In this document: positions 39,436-51,700 of the stretch, one piece after another
Layout: each line of letters starts with the position of its first letter
Numbering within the stretch: the first letter of the stretch is position 1
Source of the DNA: Botryllus schlosseri
Taxonomy: Eukaryota
Direction: 5' to 3'
Length of the DNA: 64,000 nucleotides
Assembly: GCA_051294905.1 (NCBI GenBank)
Contig: CM119386.1
Coordinates: 8,060,001 to 8,124,000, forward strand
Made by a program: the position numbers and the translations under genes
The notes under the pieces: model-generated
Database searches by the model: none
What the model saw: the letters and a program-made list of their open reading frames with translations, nothing else
Told to the model about the DNA's origin: nothing

Positions 39436-39663
39436 CCTCATGGACTTTACAAAGGCTCGCGAAGATGCAAGGAATGCTTACGCCTTATATCATAACAGCA
39501 ATAGCAAATGCATATAAAGTAACAGTACTCTTCCTAAAAGGCATACTGACATGATTAAAAAGGATCAAAACATTGAAAAAGGCATAATTTCGGCCAATTC
39601 ATTTTAAGAATCAGACCGTTGTCTGCTAATAATCAACAATCATTTGATCATTGAAATTCTAAC

Positions 39664-42600
39664 TTAAACATTAGATGATCCCATATCCGAGTCTTGTAAG
39701 CTAACAGATGGAAACGGCATGCTGGGAAGTCCGGGCTGATCTAGGAAGCTATCATCTTGGGTACCTGACTGAGGGATGATGGACGTACCCGGCAAGATCA
39801 TCATATCTACATCGGATGGTGTGGATCTGAATATAGGAGTCTATTACGAATATCGGTATATCGCAAAGTTAGATTCTTGAAAGTACCGTTTTTTGGAAGC
39901 TTTTTGGGAGGGGCGAGAATCCTGGGCTTTTGAGGCTTCCCGTCCGGCTGACGAATGCCTCATCAGCTGATTGATGTCTGGATGTCTCCTTAGTTTTGAA
40001 AAGAGATTTTGATACTTGGTAGCAGGTTTAAAATACACGGAATAATAGGCAGCGTATTCTGTCAGTACCAGTGGTGGAATGCAGTACAGCCTAACAGCCT
40101 ATCAACTTCTACCCAACAACAGTGAGAACAAGCGGTTGGAATTAGGTCATTGATGTGAAATCACTTAGTGACAGTGGGATAAGTCTTTGCAGTTTCATTT
40201 TATTTTGTTACTCATCCATAACTCGAACCTCAATAGTCAGATTTCAAGCCATTTCATTTCAATAAAATCACAGGCCTGAAATCTGCTCAAGTAAGTATTT
40301 TTAGAAAGCAGATTCGGTCAAGAGGTAGGATACTTTTAGCAGTAAACCGGAGTTGATTGATTTCGAAATTGCAAGAAGTAGGCCTGTTTTTCTGACTTAT
40401 CACAAAATGAACAATGACACTATAAATTGGTACAATCTTTCGAATGTGACAATCTCACTCCAAAGAGTGATGCCATATTATCACAATACTACTAACCTAG
40501 AGCCAACAATATAAAGAATCTGTGACAGTCATGTTTATCATTAAATACTAGCCATCTTCAGCAGTGCATCAGTGGCTATACGGTGTTCAGTTAAGAAAAT
40601 AGTTAGGGCTGTAGACATGTCGACCGCCCCAACGTGTTTCAAAGATCACAAATGTACACAGGCACCCAAGATCTAGGCCAGTGGTAACCAACCTTTATCG
40701 ACTCATCGGCCCCTTATCAAGCTCGACACAAATCTTCGCCCCCCATATTTACAGATCCGAAAAAGAGAACATATAAACAGGAAAATCATCCACCTTACTC
40801 TGATCGCTGGTGAATTGACTAAAAAAGTCATTTTTCCGAGCACCTACTATTCGTTGCGTTGACCTCTTTTTCTAGTCAACTTTCACGTCATATGCAGAAA
40901 ATGCCGTCTTCACGTGCATTTTTGGCCGTGGTAATTAAATATATCTCACTGGACATTCTCACATTTTCTCCCCCGTTGGTATTTTCGCCACTTGTTTCTC
41001 AAAATCGCCCACTTGGTGGCGATATCGCCCACGTTGGGAACCACTGATCTAGGCCGAAAAGCGATTTAAGGTGCCGCGAGTTTCATTATTACTTTCGGAA
41101 AGATGTGAATTTTGGTCTTGTTTTCGCAAGCACTTGGCTGCATTTCTGCAAATTATCATAGGCTGAACATTAGGGTGTTCAAAAATGACTTTTTTTTTTC
41201 TCAAATTGTACTGGCTACTTGATAAAATTGTTAGGTTACCTAATTTAAGCCTACACACCAAATTTGGTTCTATTCCAGCCAATAGCCGCATTGCTACAAG
41301 AGATGGAAGTTTCTATTTATTAACCAAATTTGGTGTGTAGGCTTAGATTAGGTAACCTAACAATTTTAACAAGTAGCCAGTACAATTTGAGAAAAGAATT
41401 CATTTTTGAACACCGCTACTGAAAATATTACAATATTACATCCTTCAATTACACTGTTGGTATGGTACATGACAAACCTCAGTTGACCATAAGAAAATTG
41501 TCTACTACTGCAATATAACTTACGAGTCACTTCTCGAGTCAGGACTTTGCTGGTGATAATCAGAAATGGGAGGAAGGTGCTGCTGGACTTCAAGGTTGGA
41601 ACTGAAGAGGAAAAACATAGATTACTAGGCGCTGGTAACATGAATAAGCTAGTGAAAATACCTTTGCTGCTTTCTGGCTACTCGAACACCTCCATGGGGT
41701 GTCAATTGAGCGAGAAGCTGTTTGATCTCTCTCAAGTCTCGCTGCATCTTTTTCATGGTGCCATCATTCGCTTTCTGTAAAATATTTATCGCACAACATC
41801 TTCATATTGCTAAACTTCAAGGCGAGTCGAAATTTGGGAAGAATTTGGTTCGTTCGTTCCAGATAAACTCAAATTTGTGAAACCCATGCCGCAATGGATG
41901 ATAAACAGTAAATAGGACAATTTGGCATGTTGAATTTTATACAAATTGACACTGAAGCATCCTCAAAATTCCATTTCAGCCCGCCAGGGCAAATATATTG
42001 CAAGCGTAAACACATTTATAGCACACGTTGCTTTTTAATTCGTTTCTAAAAAGTATGATAGCACAGTGGTACCTGATTCCTATTAATTGCTGCGAGCGTA
42101 TCATGAGTGATCCTGGCATAAGCACCCGGCATCCTTAATTCTGCAAATAAGATTTGATTGAGACGATTCCCCGATTAATACTGTGGCGTAAGGGATTTGT
42201 AATATACAAGAATACAGCAAAATTACAATCAGTTATTTTTCGGCAGATCACAGCTTGATGCAGTTGGATGTGCATAAAGAATAACAGTGAAATATAAAGG
42301 AATATCCAGCCCGCATCTTGTACCCAGCTTGCCAATTAAGGTATCGTATGATAAGTAGTTGTTGTGCGAAGCTTTTAGCATTGAGATACTAAATCATCAC
42401 CGTTATATATCAAACACTTGAAACAAGTGAGTTTCATAAGGCAGGGATTTTACGATACGAATTAAATAATAATAGATAGAAAAAACTAGCAAACTAGCAC
42501 CACATTGACATAAATCTCTAATGGAATAATCAACTAAAACATGATACGACATCGTGTAGGATGGCATACGTGAAAGTTTGCGAGTACCCGGAAGAAGGAC

Positions 42601-45600
42601 TTAATATGCAAACATCTATAGATCATTTCCGATACTGAATTTGATCTGGTCATTCGTTATCCAATGCCACAACAGTACATAAGCACAAAAGTGTTTACAA
42701 GTGCTTTCAAACAATTGCGAACTCAACAAAACAACATATCGACTCATAAATTGATGGCATAGAAATAAGCAGTACCTTTGCTCGTAACTGAAGACTTGTG
42801 TCCAAATCTCCCATCGACTTGATCTGCCTCCTGCACCAGAGAACATGATGAAATACAGCACAAATCAAGTTAAAATTGAGCGTGTCCAAGAGAAAGAACA
42901 GGAATCAGCGACTTACCAAGATAATCAGATAGATTAAAAACAATCATCAATTCAGGAGAAGACGAAAACAGATACCAGATAATCAGATGGGTCTCGGATC
43001 GATGTTTTATTGTTATTAAAAATCACTGGTATAATAGTTCGGTCAACAGACGAGAAAAGAGAAGAATTTGATAGACTTCAGGGATTGGGAATCGAGTCGA
43101 GTTTTGGTAGGATGCCGAAACTCACAAAAGAATGTCCATTCGTATCTTGCAACTCCCGAAATCGTAGAAGTTTGTGCGTGTCACAAAATGATGGAAAGAC
43201 AGAAAGAAATCTCAATAACGAAAGTTTTTTCGTACAATTTAGTCGCAGTAATACTTCAAGTCATTGTTAATCAGCACTACTTCGTTGAAACAAGTAATTT
43301 TCTTTTGCAGCTGATGTATATCCATTTATGAGCACTCAATTTCTGAAACGCACACAATGATGAACAGATATTGGATCGATTCATTCAGAAGCGCTATGAT
43401 ACGATTGATCGTAAACTAACTACAGGCTAGCGCACAGCAGAACATTATACCGCGACATAGCTTCTTTTGCGCAATGAAAGACCGCGTTCAGAGCCATGGA
43501 AACCTCCTTCGACATGTTTTTCCTGGAATACCATCAATATTATTATATTATGTATATATACTTATTAATATATATTGACTACTTTAGTGTAAAATAGTTT
43601 TTTTGTTAATAATGGTGCATAAACTTGTTCACTCCTCACCAAAGCCTCTCTCTCCTCGTTCTCTTTCCTTATGTACTCGAGCACCTCGTCCATCTGATCC
43701 CGTACTTGTATCGTCGCTTTCTTCAAGTCCTGATCTTGGTTTGTGGTGAGGTCGTCATCGTAGAATTCCACTTTTGGACTGCACTTGTCCATGATGAACC
43801 TGAATTGCGTTGTCAAAATCACAACACGCTTCCTTATTTCTGATGCAAAATAGCTAACGTACGATATTCAAAAAAAATTTCGTGCAGGGGACGTAGTGTC
43901 TGCTAATTGTATGACACACTTATCTTTGGAAATCGCGATTTGAATACTTGAATATGAATTGAGTATCAATTTCGGTTTGATTTATGTAAATAAGCAGACC
44001 GTGTTATTTTTGGCATTTCAGGAGCCAGATGCCAAAACTGCCAAAACTAAAAATTTGAAAATGCCAAAAATAAGCAATTTTTGGCATATGCCAAAAATAA
44101 CACGGCCTGCCAAATAGTTTATTTCGTTCATGGTGTTGTGTTAACAGGACCACGTTACAAGCGAGAAGAACGTTTGTGAAAGGCAGGTTTCTTAATCTGG
44201 GTCCAGCCCACCCATTAGGGGTGAATGCATGGTGTCCTAAATGGTGTGGGCACAGCGAGATTGGACGGCTGACTGCATTTGGTTTACGTCATACTTTCCA
44301 TTTGTCCAAAGGCAATTTTACGACCATTTTTGACCGGCTTGTCGAGCGCTAAATTTGATAAAACGGGTATCAATGTGAAGCTGCCGCAGTACTGATTATT
44401 AAAATATAAATTATATTCTGCTCATGGAACTGAAACCCCCAAAATCAACCACGATTTTTGCATTGTGATCGAGTTGAACATTGTGACGCAACAAATTGTC
44501 TGGCTATTTATGAGCTGCATAGTCTCGTTTTGCCAGACAGTCTTGTTGCGTCAATGTTCTTAAACAAGCTAACCTTCCCAGGACTCTTCCATCCGAGTTG
44601 GTAATATTAAAGATACCTGAATTGACAAAAGTCCTCTCAAAAGATATCGGTAGACTGAAGGAGAAATGATAGTCGGGCTACTAAATAAAATGTGTTGAGA
44701 GACAACACAGGAAACTCCCCAGGATCGGGAAGAAAATTCTTTTCGTAATGAGATCGATGGCACTGGCGAAGTGATCTCTTTTCATGATGCATGGAAGCCG
44801 GTTCGGCCCTCCAAAGATTTTGAAGCTATGAAAACCTTTTGTGGATGACTGGCAACATTCTTTCCCTCAACGACTACTGTTGAAGCCGATATTTCCCAGA
44901 TTCGCTGGGCGAGAAATGAATTTAGGAGAAACTTAGCTGACCTGAGTTTGGAAGCACTGTTACAGTGCAAACGATTTAAGTCTATTCAACAGCTGTAACA
45001 ATCAGCTGTTGAGAGTGTTTGTTTGGCTTTTCTTTCCTTTTTTTGCTTATTGGCACCGATTCCGATGGATACTGCACATTTTGTGGTTTCGTTTAATATT
45101 ATTAACCTATGAAATCGTTACGTATTTTCTTCTGCTCATTGTTTGTCGGCACTGATTATACGTGGGTGCTGCACATGTTGTGGTGTATTTTGACAAACTA
45201 GCCCAAATAATGCGTTTTTGTGACTAATTCGAGGCTGAAACTATCTATTTAGAGGACGATGCCAAAACTGCCAAAAATAAAAATAGAAAAATGCCAAAAA
45301 TAAGTTATTTTTGGCAGTTTTGGCATATGCCAAAAATAACACGGCCTGTAAATAAGCAAGTAAAAAGTGAGCGGTTTGAACACCATCACTGGTAAAGTGA
45401 AGAAAGGTGAATAGAACTTCTCTCGAGCGAGATAGTGTAGTGGTTGCGCGTCCGGCTTCTCGATCGGTAGGTCGTGGGTTCGATCCTCGGCCGGGTCAGA
45501 CCAAAGACTCGAAAACTGGTATCCGCAGCTATCCTGCTAGGCGCTCAGCATTCAGCAATCACGGATAGCGTGGAGGAGAAAAAACCGGGGGTGCAGACCA

Positions 45601-45676
45601 GATGACCTTACTATAAAGGCCGTATCGCATCTCCCTCGTCAAAGCATCTCGATGGTGCAGGCGAAAAAGAATACCA

Positions 45677-45744
<68 letters not shown>

Positions 45745-48700
45745 GATCTGTTACTGCCAAGAAGCATTTCGATTGTAGCGATCTCCAGCCACGTTATACT
45801 CAATCGATCAAGTAAGCCTACACAAATCAATTGATATCAGGGTCATACCGTCGAAATCGATCCTTTCTCTTTTGACTGAGATTTTCCTCGATGCTCAATA
45901 TCAGTATCGCTTGTTGCATCACCGCATTTGCCTGGGCGTTGTCGTAAACCCTGTCAATAAAATAGAAAATATAAATACACTAACACACATTACGAAAAGC
46001 ACAGGCCGCAGACCAAACATTGGAGACGCCTGAAAATCACAACTCACCTTTGGAAGGTATCGGACAGCAATGCAATGAAGAGATTGATGCACAGTATCGC
46101 GCTTATCCCAAGAAATGTCCCGACGAGAATGTACGTCATCACCACGTCGAACGTGTGCATTTGATCGTACTCGTAGTCGTCAACAAGGGTGATACGGTAA
46201 AGTGAAAAAAGCATCTGGTCAACACTGCTCATCGAAACAATGGTAGGCTCGTTGCCTGGAAAAGAATTTTTTTTACGTGTAACGGCGTCAAATTGCCTTG
46301 AATAGTGCAGATATTGATTAGTTTGGGGCGGAAGTGAAACCTTTCCAGATCAACATGTCCCAGCAGCCCATATGGCACCAAGTAGACTCGTCTGACTTAT
46401 TATATGAGTTTGTGGATTTTTACAAAACTTTGGTGGTATAGCTAATATAATTGGTATACCAGGATCATCGGATACCACTCTATGTGATAAACAGGCTTCA
46501 GACTGTATAGTGTGCAAGACAGTTCTGGTTATTTGGAAGAAATACAATTGATTCCCTAAAATTTCAAATTACAATGCAGGCATAACTATTGTTCGGAAGT
46601 TGGCCCATGGGAAGTTATAAACATCATCATAGGTATAACCAAACACAGGGCTTGCTTTCTACAGATAGCATAGTGAAACATACTGTTTCCGTTACCGTTA
46701 CTCACCAAATATCATCCAAAATGCGCACGCATATGGAATGTAAAATTCAAAGTACAGAAACAGGAACCGTAAAACATCGTATGTGATTTTTCCAAGCATA
46801 ACGACGAATGGCCCCAGTTGTCTGAAAAATACATACCAGTTGCTATTTGTCAGGCTTACTGTATCTCAAACTCATTCTTGTAAGATTCTCCCCATGAAAA
46901 CGAAGTATACGTGAAGCTAACACCGGACCATGTACCGTATTCAAGGGGGCAGTCAAAGAAGTAAAAACTTTCCCAATATTCAAGTTTGAACAGGTGCGAA
47001 TAGGTTAAAGAAAAGATTTCAGCTAAAAGCGTTTAATTTAATTTGAAATCCTGAAACTGATCACTGATATTTAGCTTCAACTGTTGAAGTAGGAGTACTC
47101 CAAAAACAAAACTAAACTGCTTCAGGAAATATTGCAATAGGTTTGAGTATTCAGACAAAATCCTGGGATCCCTAAACAACATTTTACGTAGGCCTACTGC
47201 ATGTAAATAGCTCTAGTATTGCAGAGAGATATAAAAGGGAGCATTATGATTATGTAAAAATACCATGCAATGTACCAATGTGGTTGGTATCATGAATCTC
47301 ACGTAAAACATAGGCCATACCTGAAAGCCCTAATGTTTTTCATCAGCCTCAGCCACATCATGATAATGTTGATCGCAAAGATTCTATTGACCCAAACACT
47401 GAGACACCCATTGTTAACATAGGCATCGGGAATAGCGCAGACAGATTTATCCGTCTCATCTGAAAGACAAAAATCATTGTGTTCGCAGTGCAGAATTCCG
47501 AAGTCACAATTCAATGAAATTGTCACAATTTAGCCTAGAAAGTCTAACTAAAGTCATAGCGCCTCACTTCCTTGTAGGATGAGCTGTGCGGCGGCATCGC
47601 AACCATCAGTAGTGCAACATGGGGGTGGTCGGTTTTCAGGAGTATAAGCGACGATATTCACGATATGCGTCAGCTGAAAATTTCACATTGTGTAAGCTTG
47701 CATTTTCCGTACACGTAAAGGAGGTTGAATATCTTGGTAATGCACGCATTCAAACGAGCACGCAAACCAGTTGACAGTGAAATGGCAAAAAAGTTGTCAT
47801 TCCTGCGATAAGCTTCAGCGTTTGTCACGGAAGGAGTGAATTTAAAAAAAAATTTATCTACGTACGTGTAAGAGTTCGTAACCACGAAGCACAATTACGG
47901 AATAACTTACAAAAACGAAAAAGTTCAGGAAATACACTGTCCAGTCGAAAAAGTTCCAAAAGTCATGAAAGTACGCGGGTACCATGTCATCCAGATTCTC
48001 GATTTCTCTTTCCAGGTAGTTTTTCTCCTAAAATATATCGATATTCAACCTGAGACATAAAATCAGAAAAAAAATCTACCGGTGATTACCCCACGCCGAC
48101 TTACGAAGTGGAATGAAAAGTGCAAAATGTATTAGCGTATCGTTCACAACATTTTGTTTCATTTATGTTTCATAATTTAAAAATATGACAAAATCATCCC
48201 GCCGATAAAAGACAGGACAGTGTCAAAAAGATATAGTCAACTTGTTGAACACGAACACCTGTTTTCAGTGAGAAGGGCATCTAAAGGTTATTATATCTAG
48301 ATAATGGCTTGCATAGTACAAAACAAACAGGAAGTTAGAGACAGAATCGCATGAAAACTCGATCCGTTGATTGCTAGAAGCCAATTAGAGACATAAACCG
48401 GTAAACAGTAATAGACACATCAGCACACCTCCGGCCACTTTGGATGACAAAATTTTTTGTCGCTTTCGATGTTCTTGATCCTCCATTCCTTCCATAGCGC
48501 GAAACGTTGCCTGGACGCTCGAATTTCCAAAACCTCGATCCCGACAAAGTACAAGGAGGATGCGATGGCAAAAATCCAGAAAACTATCCGCCAAGCATCC
48601 TGAACAGTGCGAAGCATTTTATACTTCAAACTAGGCCTGGACAACATATACTGATATAATAGCATGTGTGCTACACCTTGTACAAGACAATTTACATAAG

Positions 48701-51700
48701 AAATTGGAATCTTCAAAAACATCAATGCTTTTGATATATCTACCAATTTAACAAGGGGTAATTTTGTGGGTACATTCCTCTTCAGTAACTTGACTGGTTA
48801 AAAAACTCATTTTAGAATTACTCATGTACGGACCCCTACCGTCTTACAAGCTATGACAAACCTAATCAACCAAACAATTCAAGAGAAACAAACAAATGCA
48901 CCCAGAAAGTTCATTAGTCGAGTTACAGATTTGCTACAGATTAATACAGCATAAATAGTCGCTTACCGATCCCGGCAGAACATAAAGGTATCTGGTTTGC
49001 CACGGAACCCCCACGGCTAATGTAGTCCATATCAAAATGTACAGTAGATTGACCAATAACGCTCTGATGGCACCAAATCTGTAAATAAACACAGGGGTAT
49101 GTTAAATCGCATATATTTTAATCCACGAGTGTTGACATGTGTATCGAATTCAATATAAATGACAATGCACTGCAGAAGTGCTCTCTCGGCCAGAGTGGCC
49201 TTTCTGATTGTGCAATCTACTAGGGAGGGCATGGTCAATCTGCCATATCAGCGTTTACAATTACATGAAATTGGCAATTCCCCCATTACCAATAGCGTCA
49301 GCAAGATATTAACCAGATTGAAGTACCTGCCAAAGTGGTGCCATTTCACATTCAGCATTTTCAGTATGACGGGATGCATTATAATGTCCAATTGTTTGTA
49401 ACCGACAATGACTTGAAGCTGCAAGATAATCACTGGCTGTTACTGCATAACCGCCCCAATTGCAATAACTTACTGGTGTTTTTGCAAGGGTACTTCCACC
49501 TAGGCAAAAAAGATCATTATTAATTAACAAGTACTGTACCTATGTTAGACATTGTAGAGCAATCCACGGCCGCATTTCAATTACTTATGTAGCTTATGGC
49601 CGCATTCCAGAGCATAGCCGTAATAAACTAACTGGACGCCAAACACACACGTTAAACTGGCCATGTCCATTTCTGGTGAACTCCGGACTAATATATTTTT
49701 TCATATCGGGTTACTATACGAGCCGAAATCGCGAGTGGTCATCTTTTGAATAGTTACTGGTACGGTATACGATATGATTGCGATAATTTTTTTTTCAGAT
49801 TCACGAATAAATTTTGCCATTATTATTAATCGTTTCACATATTACTATCAATAATTCACCCTTTCTCAGCCCATGTGATCAGATTCACCGGTAGAGTTGA
49901 TGGAGGGAGTGTTTTTGAAAATTCACAGCAAGTTATAAATGATGATGCATCTTCGGGTGGGGCACTTGTTATTATTTATGTCATTAGTTGCATGCTGTTA
50001 TTTCTTGACCTCCCACCAGGATTGTCGGTATAGTGGGAAGATCAAGCATTTGATGGTATATCAAAATGTACGTTTGAATCAAACAGTCACAGCAAAGGTG
50101 AGCAATAACAATGTATGGTACTTCTATTTCCGAGTATACCAGCACATTAAACAGGCTAATACACAAAAACGGGTCCTGCTTTTAGACTAATTCCGCATAT
50201 CTACTTGGAGAGTTTTCAAAATTTTAACTTCTCCACCAAAATGCTTCTTGGAATAGTAAAAATTAGCGGATCAGTTCCTGTATCAGGATAAAATAGGATT
50301 AGTTCTGAAATGAAAGGTAGCTTTAGAATAATTATTCACTCCCCATTAGTCACAAAGATGCACCAATCAATTCTACAAGTTGTTTCAAGATAGAGACAAA
50401 AACATCTTGCATTACTCTGGAAAGCAACTCACACAAATACTTGATAGACCATTCATTTTTTCAAACTACTTGGTATAGGATTGGTACATCTTTGAAATGA
50501 AGTACGGTATACTTTACTTGAGTTACATCCATGGCTACTTTTAGCACCCCACTAAAACCATCACAGTAAATCGCAGCAAACAAGAATGGAAGTGACCAAT
50601 AATTATATATTGTACTGCATCTACCATCCGAAAATGCAAGGCTGTATCAGTATCAGTACCCCATATCCACATATTCAAAGGCAGAAAGAATGAATTCACG
50701 AGGCATGCATAGTATGGAAAATATATAAACATGAATGTGAATGCAGTTGAGTTATATGGTGATGTCCATCATTTGAAAGCTATTTCAGAGCAATAGTAAA
50801 GCTGCAAGTCGTTTGCACATGTACTGTACTGTAGCCAACAGCAATTACCAGCGGTATCAGTCTCAATTGAATGAAATGGTTTCTAAGTGATACTGTCCTG
50901 ATTGCAAAGTAAAATATTCATTAAGTGTGAAAGTAAGTTATGATTGGGACTACAAAATGTGCTCTACGGGTTATTCTCAAGGTTAGTATTCCATCCAGAT
51001 ATTGCACACAAATTTCAACAATGCAATGGTCTAGAAGTACCATGTACGATTTCCATACCTGGGTCTTTCATATCTATTCCTGATATCAATGAACATTTTA
51101 TTCAAATACCCGTATGGAATCATATCGGATCAGAACTACAACACAATTCCAGCAACAGAAGAGAAAACGACATCATAAAAAGCAAAGCAAATTAAATCGT
51201 AATTATTATATACTAAAGGGGCACTGCACTCTAAAAATGATGTGGTCTCAAATTGAAGGGCAAAACGAAATAAAAATTTTGGCCGCAGCCGTTTTCTTCA
51301 GAACGCCACCGTAATGGTGGTTTAGATACCGCGTTCAACGGAAGATGTTCAGTCAGGAGATTTATGTCAAAATCGGGCCTAGTGTATTCTATTTCTTCGG
51401 GACAAAGGGCGTGTACCACATATTTCCTTCATAGCATCGGCTGACAACGATATAAAGTTCGATCTCTGCGTGACTGCTGGAACGTGAAGTAGCTATCAAA
51501 ATTTCAATAAATTGCAGCTCCATTACGGTGGCGTTCTGAAGAAAACGGCTGTGGACAACATACTTATTTCGTTTTGCCCTTCAATTTGAGACCACATCAT
51601 TTTTAGAGTGCAGTACCCCTTTAATAACACTAGCCAACTAAAAAAAATTTTTGTAGTGCCAAAGATATTCTAATGGTTTTGGGGTATTTTTGGGCTGCCG

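Noticed and set aside
47690-47780. Plus-strand KEVEYLGN resembling a retrotransposon RT motif
   Set aside because: Very short, within a ~240-bp TRP intron, with no flanking RT motifs.
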